DNA of 64,000 nt from Nitrospirota bacterium (lineage in GTDB: Bacteria; Nitrospirota; Nitrospiria; Nitrospirales; Nitrospiraceae): contig CAVPBK010000011.1 in the NCBI GenBank assembly GCA_963701855.1, positions 96,001 to 160,000 of the forward strand. The letters are read 5' to 3'. Position 1 is the stretch's first letter; each line of letters opens with the position of its first letter. The position numbers were made by a program, and so were the translations under genes. Shown here piece after piece: positions 61,311-64,000 of the stretch. Under the pieces are notes generated by a model that was not told where the DNA came from, did no database searches, and worked only from the letters and a program-made list of their open reading frames with translations.

Positions 61311-61346
61311 AAAAAGAAGAGGCCCGCCGGAGCGAGCCTCTTTTCA
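61311..61346 (-). terminator. Rho-independent terminator after the Hsp20 gene
   Basis: AAGAGGCTCGC-TCCG-GCGGGCCTCTT stem followed by CTTTTT on the minus strand. Confidence 0.75.
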
Positions 61347-61368
61347 GACTGGATGCGGCGGTGTGCGA

Positions 61369-61818
61369 TCAGCCGACCTTGACTTCGATCGCTTTCGGCT
61401 TTGCCTTCTCGGACTTGGGAAGCTGGAGATTCAAGACACCATCCTTGAATTCCGCTTTCACCTTCTCCTCATCGACGAGATCGGGCAATGTGAAGCTCCG
61501 AACAAAACTCCCATAGGAGCGCTCGACCCGATGGTACTTTTTGCCGGTCACTTCCTTTTCCTGTTTGCGCTCACCCTGGATCGTGAGGACGCCGTCTTCT
61601 ACCGTCACCTTCACATCCTCTTTTTTCACATCAGGAATCTCCGCCTTGATCTGGTACTCCCCGTCCGTTTCGCTGACGTCCACGGATGGCACCCAGTCGG
61701 CGACGACCATGGTCTCCTTGCCGTTCGTCCGAGGCGACGCAGGACGGCTAATCATCCGATTCAACCGATCCGACATGTCTTCAAGTTCACGAAACGGATC
61801 CCACCGTACGAGTGTCAT
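61369..61818 (-). CDS. Hsp20/alpha-crystallin small heat-shock protein
   Basis: RWDPF, PSVDV, ERSYGSFVRSFTLP, DGVLNLQLPK. Confidence 0.95.
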   Translation of the reverse strand: MTLVRWDPFRELEDMSDRLNRMISRPASPRTNGKETMVVADWVPSVDVSETDGEYQIKAEIPDVKKEDVKVTVEDGVLTIQGERKQEKEVTGKKYHRVERSYGSFVRSFTLPDLVDEEKVKAEFKDGVLNLQLPKSEKAKPKAIEVKVG

Positions 61819-61939
61819 GATCGACCTCCTTCTTGTTCTTATTCACAGTTTCAGAATGTGGATTCGCCGCGCGCGCCGATTTCTCTGTATGAAAAAGGAG
61901 ATAACTCACGCTGCCGCAGAGTCAAGGGGGATTAAGATT

Positions 61940-62165
61940 GTTGGAGGTTCGAGGTTGGAGGGTAGAGGCAGCGGGGGAAGGTTGAGGTTGAGGTTAAGGC
62001 TAAGGTTCGGATTGAGAGTACGGTGTGGTGCTGAGTGCTCTGTCCTGAGCCCCTTCCTCAAACCTCGGATTTCCCGCCTTCACCCTTCTCCCCCTCAACC
62101 TTAGCCTCAACCTTCTTGTTCCTGCCTCCAACCTCTAACCTCACGCCTCAAGCTCTTCAACCTCA
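61940..62165. repeat. Nested composite palindrome of heptamer and hexamer tandem repeats
   Basis: (GAGGTTN)n and (AGGTTG)n on the left mirrored by (CCTCAA)n and (CCTCNAA)n on the right. Confidence 0.75.
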
Positions 62166-62170
62166 TCCTG

Positions 62171-63304
62171 TTAGCGTTGGTCAATGGGCACGTACGGTCG
62201 ATTATGCTCACCGGAATAGATTTGATCAGGACGGAACAGTTTATTCTCGCGAAGTTGCTCCAACCAGTGGGCCAGCCACCCCGACACCCGCGCCATCGCG
62301 AATAACGGAGTGAACAGATCGGTCTCGATACCCATCTTGTCGTAGACGATCCCGGAGTAAAAGTCGACGTTGGGATAAATCCCCTTTCCCTTTAGCAGCT
62401 CTTCTGCAACCCGTTCGACCTCTAGGGCGACCTCATATAACGGTGAACTACCATTTTCCTTGAAGAGTCTTTCGCAGAGACCTTGTAAGATCGTCGCACG
62501 GGGATCTTTGACTTTATACACCCGGTGACCGAAGCCCATCAGCCTCTGTTTTGCGCGGACCTGTTCTTCGAGATACAGCCTGGCCTTTCCTGGCTCACCG
62601 ATCTCTTTCAGCATTTGCACAACTTCTTCGTTGGCCCCGCCGTGCAGCGGGCCCTTCAGGGCCCCGATTGAAGAGGCGACGACAGTATAGGGATCGGCCA
62701 GCGTCGATGCGGTGACCATGCCGGTGAAGGTTGAGGCATTCATCGTGTGCTCGGCATGGAGGATCAGGCAGTCGTCGAAAATGCTGCTCCACAAATGAAG
62801 GGGCTCCGTCTCAGTCAGCATGTAGAGAAAGTTTTCCGAAAATCCAAGATCGTCGCGCGGTGGAATATACTCATTCCCATGCCGCAGACGCGCCCAGGCC
62901 GCGACGATTGTAGGCAGCTTTGCCACGAGCCTGACGGCAGACCAATAGTTATTTTCAATGTCCTGGACATTACGGCCAGGATAAAACATGCCTAACGCAG
63001 CGACTGCAGCCTGCAGGGCGTCCATGGGATGCCCCTGCTCAGGAAGGCATTTCAATAAATCGACAATCCTGAATTTGATCCGGCGGTGATGGATGATATC
63101 CTCGTTCCATCGAGCGAGCTGTGATTCAGTGGGAAGGTGTCCGAATAGCAACAGATAGGCGGTTTCGAGATAGGTCGACCGCAGACAGAGTTCTTCAACC
63201 CGAATACCACGATATTCCAGCACACCTCGCTGCCCGTCTACATCGCTGATCGCAGATTTGGCTGCGGGAACCCCAGCGAGTCCCGGCATAAAGTCATGTG
63301 GCAT
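62171..63304 (-). CDS. gltA: Citrate synthase
   Basis: HAEHTMNAST, GPLHGGAN, GFGHRVYK, YPNVDFYSG. Confidence 0.94.
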   Translation of the reverse strand: MPHDFMPGLAGVPAAKSAISDVDGQRGVLEYRGIRVEELCLRSTYLETAYLLLFGHLPTESQLARWNEDIIHHRRIKFRIVDLLKCLPEQGHPMDALQAAVAALGMFYPGRNVQDIENNYWSAVRLVAKLPTIVAAWARLRHGNEYIPPRDDLGFSENFLYMLTETEPLHLWSSIFDDCLILHAEHTMNASTFTGMVTASTLADPYTVVASSIGALKGPLHGGANEEVVQMLKEIGEPGKARLYLEEQVRAKQRLMGFGHRVYKVKDPRATILQGLCERLFKENGSSPLYEVALEVERVAEELLKGKGIYPNVDFYSGIVYDKMGIETDLFTPLFAMARVSGWLAHWLEQLRENKLFRPDQIYSGEHNRPYVPIDQR

Positions 63305-63486
63305 GATCGTGCTCCTTAGCCCGTAGCGCGTGAAACGCGAGACAGGCGCGAAACGTTTTCCGCAGCCTGTTAGAATCGAGACAGTCTATCATGTTCGGAG
63401 CGCAGGATCTTGAAATGGCGCTGATCGGTTGGCATACTAAATTTTCGGCTGTTCATTCGAGGAACGATGCGCAAAGAGGGTAAGCG

Positions 63487-63876
63487 ATGACGTTGCATCT
63501 GTCCCTCCTGCTGTTGCTATTCAGTTTCATCACGATGGGAACAGCCTCCTTGGTCCAGGCCGACAGCGAGATCCTCGGTTTTGCCGTCGTGAGCGAAATA
63601 CCAAAAGATAAGGCGCGGGTGTCAGCAAAAGTCTCAGTGAATGACGCAGTGTCGGATATGAAGCTGCTCGCGTCGGAAACAATCCTGAATAATCTCATTT
63701 GGAAAAAGCTAGAAATCTGTCATGCCATGAGGGTGGAAGGGTACAAAGTCGCCGAAGGTTTTCAAATTATCACAGTGCGTGTGATCGACGCCGGCATGCT
63801 GCCGATGTCCTTACAGTCTTTTGCGGGCGATTGCTTGATTAAGAAAGCCGTCGAGATCGCGCCACTGGTGGATTGA
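63487..63876 (+). CDS. Hypothetical exported protein
   Basis: Signal peptide, GAGGG SD. Confidence 0.7.
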   Translation: MTLHLSLLLLLFSFITMGTASLVQADSEILGFAVVSEIPKDKARVSAKVSVNDAVSDMKLLASETILNNLIWKKLEICHAMRVEGYKVAEGFQIITVRVIDAGMLPMSLQSFAGDCLIKKAVEIAPLVD

Positions 63877-63879
63877 CAG

Positions 63880-63960
63880 GAGAGGTTGAGGTCTAGGCTC
63901 AGGTTAAGCGAGCAAGCATTCCGACCTCAGCCTCATCCTTATCCTCAGCCTATTTCAACC
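63880..63960. repeat. Hexamer palindromic repeat
   Basis: gaggttgaggtctaggctcaggttaag ... cctcagcctcatccttatcctcagcc. Confidence 0.6.
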
Positions 63961-64000
63961 CCCGGCATTCCGGACAAGAACTGGGCTCTTCTGCTGACTC

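Noticed and set aside
61820..61930. CIRCE element or RNA thermometer upstream of Hsp20
   Set aside because: No TTAGCACTC-N9-GAGTGCTAA match, and a thermometer fold cannot be supported by eye

Overview
This is a bacterial chromosomal segment whose gene set and repeat types look like Nitrospira (phylum Nitrospirota); that assignment is inferred, not checked. The two flanks are mostly housekeeping genes. The left flank (1-18.7 kb) holds a pyruvate-dehydrogenase/lipA cluster, a Rieske protein, Mrp, a desaturase, putA, an SDR, bioD and thiE. The right flank (40-64 kb) holds accC, accB, efp, aroQ, coaBC, rpoZ, gmk, yicC, nth, hflX, tsaD, clpC, nadK, an FNR-like reductase, fumC, an Hsp20 and a citrate synthase. 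An accessory stretch at about 19-39 kb carries small regulators, a Sel1-repeat protein, a BON/CsbD/DUF1328 stress operon and a type I restriction-modification locus. That locus embeds a PIN-GNAT-PUA(ASCH/EVE-like) gene plus an ASCH gene between hsdS and hsdM, and a RelE/ParE-type toxin-antitoxin module. The TA module lies between two synonymously diverged versions of the hsdR 3' end. Other notable features are a secreted cupredoxin + His-rich beta-propeller protein (NosZ-like domains in reverse order), a probable ATT-initiated hflX, and MITE-like and 9-nt-period palindromic repeats that invade coding sequence. There are also several short duplicated gene or promoter stubs and three clustered frameshifts. 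I found no rRNA, tRNA, CRISPR array, integrase or transposase.
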